Notes under the pieces: model-generated
Told to the model about the DNA's origin: nothing
Database searches by the model: none
Seen by the model: only the letters and a program-made list of their open reading frames with translations
Position numbers and translations under genes: made by a program
Shown here: in pieces, positions 45,073 to 55,900 of the stretch
How the letters are laid out: the number at the start of each line of letters is the position of its first letter
Numbering within the stretch: the stretch's first letter is position 1
From: a bacterium
Lineage (GTDB): Bacteria; Bacillota; Clostridia; Oscillospirales; Oscillospiraceae
Reading direction: 5' to 3'
Length of the DNA: 64,000 nt
Assembly (NCBI GenBank): GCA_963595735.1
Contig: CAVBJJ010000006.1
Coordinates: 14,694 to 78,693 of the forward strand

Positions 45073-47388
45073 TTACAATTCGTTCAGCGTTGCCGTGATG
45101 GGCATATTCCGGATGCGTTTTGCAGGGGCATAGACTGCTGCGGCGCAGGAAACGGAAACCAGCAGCACAACGATCCCAAAGGGCGCCAGCGGGAATTCCC
45201 ATGTGCCGCCGAAGTGGCTGAGGATCAGCTTGGCATACAGAACACGGTGCAGCAGTACGCCCAGCACCGTTCCCACAAGGGTGCCGCTGGCTGCATAGGC
45301 AAGCGCCTCCGCCGCGATCATTTTTGTCACCTGGCGGCTTTCCATACCCACGGCTCGCATGGCGCCGTACTGCTGCAGTCTTGCCGACACGCCCATGGAG
45401 ATGCTGTTCATGATATTCAGCACAGTGATCAGCGCAATGATCGCCAGAAAACCGGCCACCGCAAGGCGAAAGACCCAGTAAGAGCTGTAGGTACTCTGGC
45501 TTTGCCCTCTGTTGTCCGTCACCGGGTTCTCCCCCGCCAGCCGGCGGATCTGGCTCACGCTGCTTTCCGGCGCGTCCTTTTCCAGCGTCACGCCCAGAAT
45601 GGCATACTGCTGCACGCCCGTCAGCCGGGTAAAGGTCTGCTCCGAGCAGGCCACGGACGCTGCACCGCTGATGCCGCCGATGCCCTCGGAGGCGACACAG
45701 GCGATCTCCAGTTCCTGCCCGCCCAGTTGTATTTTGTCCCCGGTTTTCAGACTGTTGGCCTGATTATAAACCGCCATGGCATAGCCGGAATCTCCATACA
45801 CCGCGGAGACCATCCCGCTGACAGTGGAATCCCCAAACCGGCGCAGCATACCATCGCTATAGGAAAACAGGTCGATTTTCGTCTCCCTGCCGTTGACCGT
45901 GACCGGGCAGGCCGTCTGGAACATCACGCCGAAGGCATCCCCCACGCCGGGCAGTGCGGAGATCTCCCGGAGCAGGTCTTTGTCCAGGGAATTGGTGTCG
46001 TCCTGGCTGACAATGGAGAGATCCGGCGTAAAGTCGCTCTCCGCCGGCAGAAGCTTCTGCACAAAATCAAAGCCGGCAGCCGCGGCGAAAAACAGCACAA
46101 TCATCAGGGCAAAGGAGCCTGTCATCAGCAGCAGATTTTTCTTGGTCTCCCCCGCATAGCTCAGCCCCAGGGCGGTCTCCACCCGGAAAAGACCGGTTTT
46201 GGCAGCGCATCCCCGGCGCTTTGGCAGCACCGCATTGCCGGACACCGCCGCCACCGGCGAGACCTTTGCCGCCCGCCGCGCCGGAGACTGGGCGGCAAGA
46301 AACACCGTGACGACCCCCACGACCGCGCCGCTCACCAGCCCAATGGGACTCACGGAGAAAAGCGGCATATCGACCCACTCGCCCTTGACCAGGAAGCGCA
46401 GGATGGCGCACAAAATCCAGCAGGTCACCGTTCCCAGGCCGCAGCCGATGGGGATGGCGGTCTTGCACCAGTGCAGGGCTTCCAGCCGGACAAAGCGGAT
46501 GATCTGCTCCCGGCTTGCACCGATGCAGCGCATCATGCCGAAAAACTGCGTCCGCTGCGCCACATTGCTGTTCATGCAGCCGGAAATCATGAACACGCCG
46601 GAGATCAGGATGATGACAAAACAGACCGCCGCCGTCTGGTAAAAGCCGGAAAGGAGCGTACTGCTGCTGGCGCCCAGCATTCCCAAAACGCCGGTGTTTT
46701 CCCTGACCGCGACCCCGTCCAGGCCGTATTCCTGCTTCAGTGCGGCAATAGTTTTTTGCAGGCCGCGCTCAGAGCGAAAGCGGATGTAATATGCAGACTG
46801 GGCCGTCTCGCTGTTTTGGGCGCAGACCGCAGCAAAGGCCGCCCGCTCCATATATGCGCAAAAGTCCCCCTGTCCGGCGCCGTCCTCATAAAAGCCGGAA
46901 ACAGTATAGGACAGCTCCCCTGCCGGCGTGTGCAGGCTGACCTTGTCTCCCAGCTGCACGCCCAAAAAGCTTTTGGCGCAGGCGCTCAGGGCGATCTCCC
47001 CTGCGCTCCGGGGGCAGCTTCCCTCCGCCGGATACTGCATGATCTGGGTAAGATAGCGCTCCTCCGCACCATACAGAAGCACCGCTTCTCCGCCGATTTG
47101 ATACTCCCCCGCCGTGTCCGATTCCAGGGAATCGCACCAGGCGGAACGGGCGATATCGGAATGCTCCCGAATCTGCTTTACGGTTTCCTCCGGCACATTT
47201 TGCAGGGCAATGTGCCAATCGCCGTGGTTGCGCCGCATGGCCGTTGTCTCGGACTTTGTCCACATTTCCGACATGGAGAAAATGGAGGTGACAAGGAACA
47301 CCGCAAGGACGATGCAGATACGGGTCATGCGGCTTTGGCGTTTGTGTACCCGCGCCGAAACGGGAATCAGACTGAGATAGCTTCTCAT
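45073..47388 (-). CDS. ABC transporter permease with two FtsX domains (BceB/MacB-like)
   Basis: 771 aa, about 10 TM segments. The ATG overlaps the ATPase stop (ATGA). The ORF-track N-terminal 163 aa are rejected because they lie out of frame over the ATPase gene. Confidence 0.85.
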   Translation of the reverse strand: MRSYLSLIPVSARVHKRQSRMTRICIVLAVFLVTSIFSMSEMWTKSETTAMRRNHGDWHIALQNVPEETVKQIREHSDIARSAWCDSLESDTAGEYQIGGEAVLLYGAEERYLTQIMQYPAEGSCPRSAGEIALSACAKSFLGVQLGDKVSLHTPAGELSYTVSGFYEDGAGQGDFCAYMERAAFAAVCAQNSETAQSAYYIRFRSERGLQKTIAALKQEYGLDGVAVRENTGVLGMLGASSSTLLSGFYQTAAVCFVIILISGVFMISGCMNSNVAQRTQFFGMMRCIGASREQIIRFVRLEALHWCKTAIPIGCGLGTVTCWILCAILRFLVKGEWVDMPLFSVSPIGLVSGAVVGVVTVFLAAQSPARRAAKVSPVAAVSGNAVLPKRRGCAAKTGLFRVETALGLSYAGETKKNLLLMTGSFALMIVLFFAAAAGFDFVQKLLPAESDFTPDLSIVSQDDTNSLDKDLLREISALPGVGDAFGVMFQTACPVTVNGRETKIDLFSYSDGMLRRFGDSTVSGMVSAVYGDSGYAMAVYNQANSLKTGDKIQLGGQELEIACVASEGIGGISGAASVACSEQTFTRLTGVQQYAILGVTLEKDAPESSVSQIRRLAGENPVTDNRGQSQSTYSSYWVFRLAVAGFLAIIALITVLNIMNSISMGVSARLQQYGAMRAVGMESRQVTKMIAAEALAYAASGTLVGTVLGVLLHRVLYAKLILSHFGGTWEFPLAPFGIVVLLVSVSCAAAVYAPAKRIRNMPITATLNEL

Positions 47389-48068
47389 TCCCGGCACCTC
47401 CCAAAGTCCGTCAGGCTGCCGTCCGACACCTGCAGCACCCGATCTGCCGTCTGGGCAATGCTGCGGTTGTGGGTGATCATGAGAATGGTCTGCTCGTACT
47501 TGCGGGAAGCCTCCTGCAGCAGGGCGATGACCTCGCGGCTGTTCCGGCTGTCCAGATTGCCGGTCGGCTCGTCGGCCAGAATCAGCGCCGGCCGGGTCAG
47601 CAGCGCTCGACCGATCGCCACGCGCTGCTGCTGTCCACCGGAAAGCTGGCTTGGCAGGTGGTTCCGGCGTCCCTGCAGATCCAGCGCCGTGAGCAGCTCG
47701 TCCAGATATTTTCGATCCGGCTTCTGGTAATCCAAAAGCACCGGGAACAGGATGTTCTGCTCCACCGTCAGCTCCGGTACCAAGTTGAAGGCCTGAAAAA
47801 TAAAGCCGATATTTCGCCGGCGGAATATGGTGCGCTTTTTGTCGTTCATGGAAAAAATGTCCTTGCCGTCGATCCACACCTTTCCGGTGGTGGGCGTGTC
47901 CAGTGCGCCGATCATGTTCAGCAGGGTACTTTTTCCGGAGCCGGATTCTCCCACCACCGCCACATACTCCCCTTTGGGAACGGAAAAGCTGACATCCCGC
48001 AGCGCTTTCACCGCGGTCTCTCCGCTGCCATAGGTCTTACAAAGATTTTGAACCTCTAATAAGTTCAT
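47385..48068 (-). CDS. ABC transporter ATP-binding protein (BceA/MacB-type)
   Basis: 227 aa with Walker A GESGSGKST, signature LSGGQQQRV, and Walker B LILADEPTGNLD. Confidence 0.95.
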   Translation of the reverse strand: MNLLEVQNLCKTYGSGETAVKALRDVSFSVPKGEYVAVVGESGSGKSTLLNMIGALDTPTTGKVWIDGKDIFSMNDKKRTIFRRRNIGFIFQAFNLVPELTVEQNILFPVLLDYQKPDRKYLDELLTALDLQGRRNHLPSQLSGGQQQRVAIGRALLTRPALILADEPTGNLDSRNSREVIALLQEASRKYEQTILMITHNRSIAQTADRVLQVSDGSLTDFGRCRE

Positions 48069-48228
48069 CGCAAAATCCCCTTTCTGCCTTTTATTTTGGT
48101 GCAGGCGGGTTTTTGTCCTGCCTGCATTGCAGACTATAGCACCGGAATATTACGGCAGGCCTACAGCCAGCCTACAATTTTGTAAGAATCCGAAAAAACG
48201 GGCAGGTACGCGCCGGACAGCCGGGACA

Positions 48229-49254
48229 TCAGCCGAAAAAGCGCAGAGTAAAGGCAGCACCCTGCCCCGGCTCGCTGTCCACCTCGATGGTGCCGCCGTG
48301 GGCCTCCACAATGGCCTTAGCCAGAGGCAGTCCCAGACCGATGCCCCGGGTGTCCTTGGAAAAGCGGCTGCGGTAAAAGCGCTTGAATACATAGTACAAG
48401 TCCTCCGGATGGATCCCGCAGCCGTTGTCCTGTATCCGGATCTGGACGAAATCCGCCTCTCCTTTCCAGGAAATCTCCACAATGCCGCCCTTGTCCGTGT
48501 GATCCAGAGCATTTTTCACCAGATTATCCACCGCCTCCCGCAGCCAGTCCCGGTCGCAGCGCAGCATCAATTCTTCCGCGCCGAAAAGGCGGATTTCCTT
48601 TTGCTCCTGCCGGGCGCGATAGGCAAAGCCCTGGGCGACCTCCTCTATCAGCGCCGCCACCCGCTCCGGCTTTTTCTCCAGCTGGATGGAGCCGGCGTCC
48701 AGACGGGTGATCTTGAGCAGGTTCTGTACCAGCGTCTCCATGCGATCCAGCTCCTGCTCCGACAAGTCGGCAAACTCTTTCAGTTCCGGAAGCTCTGCGG
48801 TCTCCGCCTGCAGCAGGCCGTTATAGATGTTCAGAGCCGCCAGCGGCGTTTTCAGCTGGTGGGAGATATCCGAGATCGTATTTTTCAAAAATTCCTTTTC
48901 CCGCAGCTCATTGTCCGCATGGGCATTGAGTACCGCCGCCAGCGAGTTGACCGCATGAAACAGCCGGTATAAGTCCCCCTCTCTGTCGCATTCGATGCGG
49001 GCGTTCCGATCACCGGCAAGATAGGCGTGGATTTGGGATATCGCCTGCTCCACGACCCGGTGCCGCCGTTTACAGTAGACAAAAAACAACACCCCCACCG
49101 CCGCGGCCGCGGCCAGAGAAACAAGCAGCAAGCTCCAGGAAAGCTGCTGGTTCTGGTGCCACAACAGCCCCTCTGCCACCGCCAGAAACGCCGCCCAAAT
49201 CAAAGCAATCCCCGCAAAAAGACGCCGGATATCCCGATCCGCAAACAGCTTCAT
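48229..49254 (-). CDS. Intramembrane-sensing histidine kinase (BceS-like)
   Basis: Two TM segments with almost no external loop. H-box SHQLKTPLAAL. N and G boxes (NALDHT, DNGCGI, GIGLGL). The ATG overlaps the RR stop. Confidence 0.85.
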   Translation of the reverse strand: MKLFADRDIRRLFAGIALIWAAFLAVAEGLLWHQNQQLSWSLLLVSLAAAAAVGVLFFVYCKRRHRVVEQAISQIHAYLAGDRNARIECDREGDLYRLFHAVNSLAAVLNAHADNELREKEFLKNTISDISHQLKTPLAALNIYNGLLQAETAELPELKEFADLSEQELDRMETLVQNLLKITRLDAGSIQLEKKPERVAALIEEVAQGFAYRARQEQKEIRLFGAEELMLRCDRDWLREAVDNLVKNALDHTDKGGIVEISWKGEADFVQIRIQDNGCGIHPEDLYYVFKRFYRSRFSKDTRGIGLGLPLAKAIVEAHGGTIEVDSEPGQGAAFTLRFFG

Positions 49255-49949
49255 TCTCCACCTCGGGAAAGCACATTCCATTTATACCCCATCCGCCGCA
49301 CGGTCACCAGCATTTTCGGTGCGCCGGGGTCGTCCTCCACCTTCATGCGCAGCCGCCGCATATATACCGTAAGTGCGCTGCTGTCGATAAAATTTCCCTC
49401 GCAGTCCCACAGCTTATCCAGGATCTGCTCCTTGGTCAGCACCACATTGGGATTGCGCATAAACAGGCACAGCAGCTTGTACTCCGCAGCGGTCAGCTCC
49501 AGCCGTTTTCCGTTTTTGAACGCCTGTCCCTGCAGCAGCTGTACCCGGATCCCGTTGGAGCGCAGCTCCGTGTCCGCCGCGCCGAAATCCTCCGCTCGCC
49601 GCAGCAGCGCCTGTACGCGGGACAGCAAAACGCCCAGCTTGAACGGCTTGGTGATGTAATCATCCCCGCCGATATCCAGCCCCATGATAATATCCACTTC
49701 CTCATCCGAGGCAGTCAGGAAAATGATCGGCACCTTGGAGCTTTGCCGCACCCTTTTGCAAAAGGAAAAGCCGGAGCCATCCGGCAGGGAGACATCCAAA
49801 ACCAGTAGATCGTATTTCCCCTCCTGCCAAACGGCTTCCGCCTCCCGCAGGGTTCTGGCAACTTCTACCGCAAAGCCCTGCTTTTGAAACGCAAAGGTAA
49901 GCCCCTGTATTAAACTCAAATCATCTTCCAACAGCAATATGTTCCGCAT
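49251..49949 (-). CDS. OmpR-family response regulator (BceR-like)
   Basis: Receiver domain (LLLEDD..LLVLDVSLPDGSG) plus a winged-helix output domain (..VTVRRMGYKW). Confidence 0.9.
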   Translation of the reverse strand: MRNILLLEDDLSLIQGLTFAFQKQGFAVEVARTLREAEAVWQEGKYDLLVLDVSLPDGSGFSFCKRVRQSSKVPIIFLTASDEEVDIIMGLDIGGDDYITKPFKLGVLLSRVQALLRRAEDFGAADTELRSNGIRVQLLQGQAFKNGKRLELTAAEYKLLCLFMRNPNVVLTKEQILDKLWDCEGNFIDSSALTVYMRRLRMKVEDDPGAPKMLVTVRRMGYKWNVLSRGGE

Positions 49950-50105
49950 TTCCCGATTCCTTTCGCCATACACTTTGGGGCAGGCCGCGCACCGCCCTTT
50001 CTGCTGCCATTATATTTCCTCCGCCGGAAAAAGGCAAGAAAGGGAATGCGCCGGTCGAAAACCGGAAATTTTCCGCCGTCCATGCCGCAGCTTTTGTTTT
50101 ACCCC

Positions 50106-50134
50106 TTGCAAAGGGGATAAAATACGGGTATGAT
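50106..50134 (+). promoter_or_regulatory. Candidate promoter of cysK
   Basis: TTGCAA-N17-TATGAT, about 80 nt upstream of the ATG. Confidence 0.45.
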
Positions 50135-50213
50135 AGACAGCACAGGCGCACACGGCCGGAACCGGCTCTGCACCGAATTTCATCTGCGCTGCGGCGCAAG
50201 GGGGATCTGCAAT

Positions 50214-51146
50214 ATGATACACAAAAATGTTCTGGAGGCCATGGGACACACGCCCATGATCCAACTCAACCATATGGTACCGGAAAACGCAGCGCGCATT
50301 CTGGTCAAGTTCGAGGGACTGAATGTGGGCGGCTCCATCAAGACCCGCGTTGCCTACAACATGATCGCGGAGGCGGAGCGCCAGGGAATGCTCACCCCGG
50401 ACACCATCATCGTGGAGCCGACCTCCGGCAATCAGGGGATTGGGCTGGCGCTGATTGGCGCGGTAAAGGGCTACCGGGTGCGCATCATCATGCCCGACTC
50501 CGTCAGCGTGGAGCGGCGCAAGCTGATGCGGCACTACGGCGCGGAGGTCGTTCTGGTTCACGACGCCGGCAACATCGGCGACGCCATTGAGGAATGTCTC
50601 CAAACCGCACTGCGGATGCAGCGGGAAGACCCCCGCGTTTTTGTGCCGCAGCAGTTTTCCAACCTGGCCAACCCCATGATCCACCGCTACCAGACCGGCA
50701 TGGAGATCCTCGAGCAGGTCGGCGGCCCCATCGACGGCTTTTGCTCCGGCATCGGCACCGGCGGCACCCTGACCGGCATCGGCGAAACACTGAAAGCCCA
50801 AAACCCCAACATCGCCATCTGGGCGGTGGAACCGGAAAACGCCGCCATTCTGGCCGGCGGCACTGTTGGCACCCACCTGCAAATGGGCATCGGCGACGGG
50901 CTGATCCCGGAGATCCTCAATCAGGAGATCTATGAGCATATCTATATCGTCTCGGACGAGGAGGCGCTTTCCACCGCCCGGGATCTGGCACGGAAAGAGG
51001 GACTGATGTGCGGCATTTCCTCCGGCACCAATGTGGCCGCCGCCATCCAGCTGGCCAAGCAGCTTGGCCCCGGTAAAACGGTCGTCACCGTGCTGCCCGA
51101 CACAGCGGAGCGCTATTTTTCTACCCCCTTGTTCGCCGGGGAATAG
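50214..51146 (+). CDS. cysK: Cysteine synthase (O-acetylserine sulfhydrylase, PLP-dependent)
   Basis: Contains ..GHTPMIQLN..FEGLNVGGSIKTR..EPTSGNQGIGLA..GIGTGGTLTG.. ATG 50214 follows an AGGGGGA RBS. Confidence 0.9.
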   Translation: MIHKNVLEAMGHTPMIQLNHMVPENAARILVKFEGLNVGGSIKTRVAYNMIAEAERQGMLTPDTIIVEPTSGNQGIGLALIGAVKGYRVRIIMPDSVSVERRKLMRHYGAEVVLVHDAGNIGDAIEECLQTALRMQREDPRVFVPQQFSNLANPMIHRYQTGMEILEQVGGPIDGFCSGIGTGGTLTGIGETLKAQNPNIAIWAVEPENAAILAGGTVGTHLQMGIGDGLIPEILNQEIYEHIYIVSDEEALSTARDLARKEGLMCGISSGTNVAAAIQLAKQLGPGKTVVTVLPDTAERYFSTPLFAGE

Positions 51147-51272
51147 TGTTTTGGATATGATTTTAACTCCCGCCTTTGCAGGCGGGAGTTTTTTCTTGCA
51201 TCTTCCGGAAAACCGGGGTAAAATGAAGAAAAAATCCGCCCTCCTGTGGCGAGAAGAAACGGAGTTTTCATC

Positions 51273-52826
51273 ATGCCAATCCAAGCCATAGACCCCCAGT
51301 CCTGGAAAGCCATTCTGCCGGAATTTCAAAAGCAGACCGAGGCCTTTCACGCCGGCTCCCTGAGCCGGGCGGCCTACAAGGGATTTTCCGGACTTTACGG
51401 CAGCTATGCCCAGCGGGACGGCACAAAAAGTATGCTGCGTCTGCGCATGACAGCCGGGCGCGTTACCGCTAAAAAGCTGGCCTTTGTGGCGGCGGCGATC
51501 CGCCGTTATGCCGTGTCCCGAGTGCATTTTACCACCTGCCAGAGCATCCAGCTGCACGATCTGCCGCCGGAAGCGCTGTATGCCATTATGGAGCAGGCGC
51601 TGGATGTGGGCATCGTGACCATGGGAGGCGGAGGCGACTTTCCCCGCAATGTCATGTGTTCCCCCCTCAGCGGCGTGGAGCCGGGAGAGTGCTTTGATGT
51701 CCTCCCCTGGGCGGAGGCCGCTGGAGAATACCTGATGCAGTTTATCCAGGCGGAAAAAATGCCCCGCAAGCTGAAAGTCTGCTTTTCCAACTCTCCACAA
51801 AACACCACCCATGCCACTTTCCGGGATCTGGGCTTTGCCGCCCGCCCGGACGGTCGCTTTGATGTATACAGCGCCGGCGGACTGGGCAACAATCCCCGCT
51901 TTGGCGTGCGGGTGGCGGAGGCGATCTCACCGGAGGATATCTGCAGCTATATCCGCGCCATGTGGCTGACCTTCCGCGCCCACGGCAACTATGAAAACCG
52001 CGGCAAGGCCCGCACCCGCTATATGCAGGAGGCGCTGGGCGGCCGGGAAAACTACCTTGCCGCCTTTCGGGAAAAGCTGACAGAGGTGCTGGCGGATGGC
52101 AGTGCGCCCAAGCTGCACTGCGCCGCCCCTGCCGTCACCAAGGCCGGAAACGGAAGCTGTCCCCCGCACCCCCGTGTGCTGGCGCAGAAGCAGCCGGGGC
52201 TGTATGCCGTCTCCTGGCACCCCATCGGCGGCGATGTGGATCCCGCGCTTCTATGTGCGCTGGCGGACGCCATTGGGGAAATGGAAGCGGCGGAGCTGCG
52301 GCTGCGCCCGGACGAGGGGGCTTATATCATCAACCTCACCGCCGGGGAAGCCCAGCGCATTCTGGAGCTGACAAAAACCGGTGCGGAAACGCCCTTTGAG
52401 GCCTCTGTTGCCTGCATCGGAAGCCGCATCTGCCAGGTCGGCCTGCAGGATTCCCAGCAGCTGCTGCGGGACTGCATTGCCGCCGTGCGGGCGGCGCAGA
52501 TCCCGGGCAGCGCCCTGCCGCAGCTTCACATTTCCGGCTGTCCCTCCTCCTGCGGGACGCACCAGATCGGACAGCTTGGCTTTCGCGGCGCTTCCAAATC
52601 GGTGGACGGCCGCAGCGTCCCTGCCTTTTCCCTGTTTGTCAACGGCTGCGATGTCCAAGGACAGGAGCGCATAGGGCAGGAACTGGGAGCCATTGCTGCG
52701 GCGCAGATCCCGGAATTTCTGGTCACGCTGGGACAGGCCGTAGCAGCGACCGGGCTGGACTTTGCTCAGTGGCTGGCGCAGCATCCGGACGGCGTCGCAG
52801 CCCTTGCCCAATCCTATCTTGCCTGA
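51273..52826 (+). CDS. Nitrite/sulfite reductase family protein (siroheme/4Fe-4S), probable assimilatory sulfite reductase
   Basis: 517 aa. Cys cluster CIGSRICQVG..ISGCPSSCG. Adjacent to cysK. Substrate assignment is inference. Confidence 0.75.
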   Translation: MPIQAIDPQSWKAILPEFQKQTEAFHAGSLSRAAYKGFSGLYGSYAQRDGTKSMLRLRMTAGRVTAKKLAFVAAAIRRYAVSRVHFTTCQSIQLHDLPPEALYAIMEQALDVGIVTMGGGGDFPRNVMCSPLSGVEPGECFDVLPWAEAAGEYLMQFIQAEKMPRKLKVCFSNSPQNTTHATFRDLGFAARPDGRFDVYSAGGLGNNPRFGVRVAEAISPEDICSYIRAMWLTFRAHGNYENRGKARTRYMQEALGGRENYLAAFREKLTEVLADGSAPKLHCAAPAVTKAGNGSCPPHPRVLAQKQPGLYAVSWHPIGGDVDPALLCALADAIGEMEAAELRLRPDEGAYIINLTAGEAQRILELTKTGAETPFEASVACIGSRICQVGLQDSQQLLRDCIAAVRAAQIPGSALPQLHISGCPSSCGTHQIGQLGFRGASKSVDGRSVPAFSLFVNGCDVQGQERIGQELGAIAAAQIPEFLVTLGQAVAATGLDFAQWLAQHPDGVAALAQSYLA

Positions 52827-52834
52827 TACGATAT

Positions 52835-52875
52835 AAAAAATCCCGATGCGGACGCGTCCGCATCGGGATTTTTTT
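52835..52875. terminator. Bidirectional terminator
   Basis: 14-bp perfect palindrome TCCCGATGCGGACG/CGTCCGCATCGGGA flanked by A6 and T7. Confidence 0.9.
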
Positions 52876-52903
52876 CATTGGGCTTTTTGTCTTGCCGGTT
52901 GCC

Positions 52904-55900
52904 TTATTTTTCGGATTTTTCAGCCTTTTCCTCGTTGGCGTTCTTGGTTTGTTTCTGCTCCAGTTCTTCTGCTTTTTCCACTTTTTCTACTTCTTTTACC
53001 CTTTCCGCCCTTCTTTTCGCTTTTTTCTTACCTGGTTTCTTTGGCAAGGACAGCTTTTTGGCGCGAAGATGCAGAATTCCTTTCTTAGTCAGCAGGATGA
53101 GCACCACCAGCAGAGCGAGCACCGCGATCAGGACAATGACAACCCGGCCGGAGCGATTCGCGGCATAGACTGCGATCTCCGCCGTTTCACCGGTGACCTC
53201 AAAGCGCAGATAGCTTCCCATCACCTCGGCATGGCGAGTCTTCCAGCGACCGTTTTCCTCCTTGACCCGGATGGTCAGCGCCTCCGGCTCCACATCCTGG
53301 GAGTAATAGCGCACCATGTGGGTCTCCTGCCCGTCCTTCGGGTAGCTCAGGCGCCACTGCTCCAGACTTTTGCCGGGGCTTTTGCTCTTTTTTCCGTCTT
53401 CCAGAGAGCCAAGCTCCGCCGCCTGCCCATCCGCTTTCATGTTGGCAACGGTGAGCACATCGGTGTTTTGGAAATTGCCCTCCACAAAGAACACGGGACG
53501 GCCGTCCTTCCGCGTCTGGTTGCTGGAAAGCGCCGTTACAAAGCGCTTTGCCGTGGCGGTCACGGTGGTGTCAAAACGCAGATCGGTCAGATCCTTGACA
53601 TCCCACTGGTAATAGTCACCATCCGGCGCCTTGACCTCGGGATACACGCTCTCATCAAAGGACTCGCCATAGTTAAAGGTCACCGCCTTGAGCACCTCGC
53701 CGGTGTCCTCCACCACGAATTGCAGCCGGAAGCTGGAAAACTCCGCCGGCAGTCCCTCCAGACGCAGCAGGCGGTTATACGCCAGCGGTTCCGCTTTGCC
53801 GGAGTAGCTGACCCGGTCGATACCGGCCAGCGTGTCGGAAACGAAGTAGTTTCCCTCCGCCACATCGCTCACTTCTCCGGCCACCGCGCCGTATAGGCTT
53901 TCGGCCTCGGGGATCTCCACCATGCTGCGGCAGTTGGTCACGCGGTTGCCGGAGCCGACGATACCGCCCACATAGCTATTACCGGAGAGCTTGCACTTGG
54001 CATAGCTGTCGCGCACGGTGGACAGGGAGTAGCCGCAGACACCGCCGACATAATCGCCATCCTCCGCCGCAGCGTCGCCATAGCCGCCGCAGCCGACGAC
54101 CGTACCCAGATCCATACGGCCGACAACGCTGCCGGCGCAGTTTTTCTTGGAGTTGATCTCGCCATAGTTGCTGCAATCCATCAGGATTGCCTTGGTCTGG
54201 TAGGTCATTTTGGTGGTCAGCAGACCGCCGTCCTTATTGACCAGATCGTCCTCCGGATCTAGATCGTATTCAATGGCCATGGTACCAACGATGCCGCCCA
54301 CATCCAGGCTGCCCTCCACCTGACCGCGGTTCTCGCAGTCGGAGACCTTTCCCTTGGTGGCGCTTTGCAGGTATTCATCGGAGATGTCCTCAAACAGATC
54401 GTCGGCATCCACCGTTCCCACTTCATCCAAGGCATCCAGGAAAATATCCATTACGGTCATGAACTGGTCGTTGGCCTGGCGGAAGTCCGCGATCAGCGTG
54501 TCGCTGGCGCCATGTACCTCCGTGTTCAGGGAAGAAAACTGATCGGAGATACTGCTCAGCGCACTGTTGAGCTTCTGGGAATTGTCGCTGAACTCCGTGC
54601 CCAGCGTAGTAAAGCTGATGGGATCCTCATTGGCCAGATCCGAGGACCACTGCTCCAGATCTCCCATGGCGCTACCCGCTGTGGTCATTGCCGCGCTGAG
54701 ACTGTCGGAGGCCTCTTTCAGCTGGTCGGAGAGCTTATCCACATCGCCGTTGAGTACATGGAGATCGTCAATAAAGTCGGAGAAATGCGCCATGGCGTCA
54801 TCCAAACTGTCATAGCCCTTACGGAACTGCTGGATGGCCTTTTTCAGGGTAGAGAACATAGCCTCTACATCCTTTTTTGCGGTCTGGAGATCCAGCGCGC
54901 GCAGCAGCGCCACGGTATCCTTCAGCACCTGTCCGCTGGATTTTGCCACAGCCGCCGCGTTTGTCATCAGCTCTCCCCGGGTCTCCTCGGAGATCGCGCC
55001 GCCGGCGGCGATTTCCGCCCGCGCTGTGGCAATGGTCTCGGACAGAGCTTTTGCCGAAGCATTCATTTTGTCCAGAGATTTGGTCAAGGCCGCGATCTCC
55101 GCATTGGGCAAATGGATATCGCTTTTCAGATTGGATAGCTCCTTGAGCCCCTTGCTGAGATATTCCCCGCTGTCCCGCAGGTCGTCCATGCAGTCGGACA
55201 GATCGTCCAGGGCGTCCGTGCCGCAGCTGGAAAAGTGCTTGAGGGTGTCCATGGCGTCCGAAAGGGTCTTTCCGGCGTCTGCGGCGTTGCCAGCCGCGTC
55301 CTCCAGCTGATCGAAGATCGGAGAGGCCTTGTCGGAGTATTTGGCGATCAGCGCAGAGACATTGTTCACGGTGGAGATGTTTTCATCCGTAAACTCCTGC
55401 AGCCGGTCGCTCATATCATGGGCGCTTTCCCGCGCCTGATCCACATAACCGGAGATCTGATTCAAGCGGGAAGAAATGGTATCGCCGCTGCTGTCCGCAT
55501 CACCGAGCATACCGTCAATGATGTTTTGCAAGGTTTTCAGATTGTCCCGCAGCCGCTGCGCCGTGTCTTCTCCCAGCTCCAGGTGAATATCCGGCACCTG
55601 CTGCCCTACAATGCCGCCCACATCCTTGCGGCCCTGCACCAGGCCTTCGTTGATGCAGCTGTCCAGATAGCCGCACTCCCGGCCAACGATGCCGCCCACA
55701 TTATAGCCCACCTGGGAATATCCCACCTCGCCATAGTTCCGGCAGCTTTGCAGAATGCCTGCGGAGTAACCGCAGATACCGCCGGTATCCGTGGAGATGG
55801 GAACGATCTTCTCTACCTCGTCCTTATTGACCGGCAGCCGGTACAACTCGTCTGTGATGCTGTCCTCTGTCGGTTCCTCGTCCGAGACGGTGGTATTCAC

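Noticed and set aside
45214-47730. 838-aa plus-strand ORF over the FtsX permease/ATPase genes; also the 934-aa version of the permease ORF
   Set aside because: The plus-strand ORF is antisense low complexity. The first 163 aa of the 934-aa ORF lie out of frame over the ABC ATPase gene. A proper ATG (47388) overlaps the ATPase stop.
50010-51812. 600-aa minus-strand ORF over cysK and the sulfite reductase
   Set aside because: It is antisense to recognisable CysK and nitrite/sulfite reductase translations.
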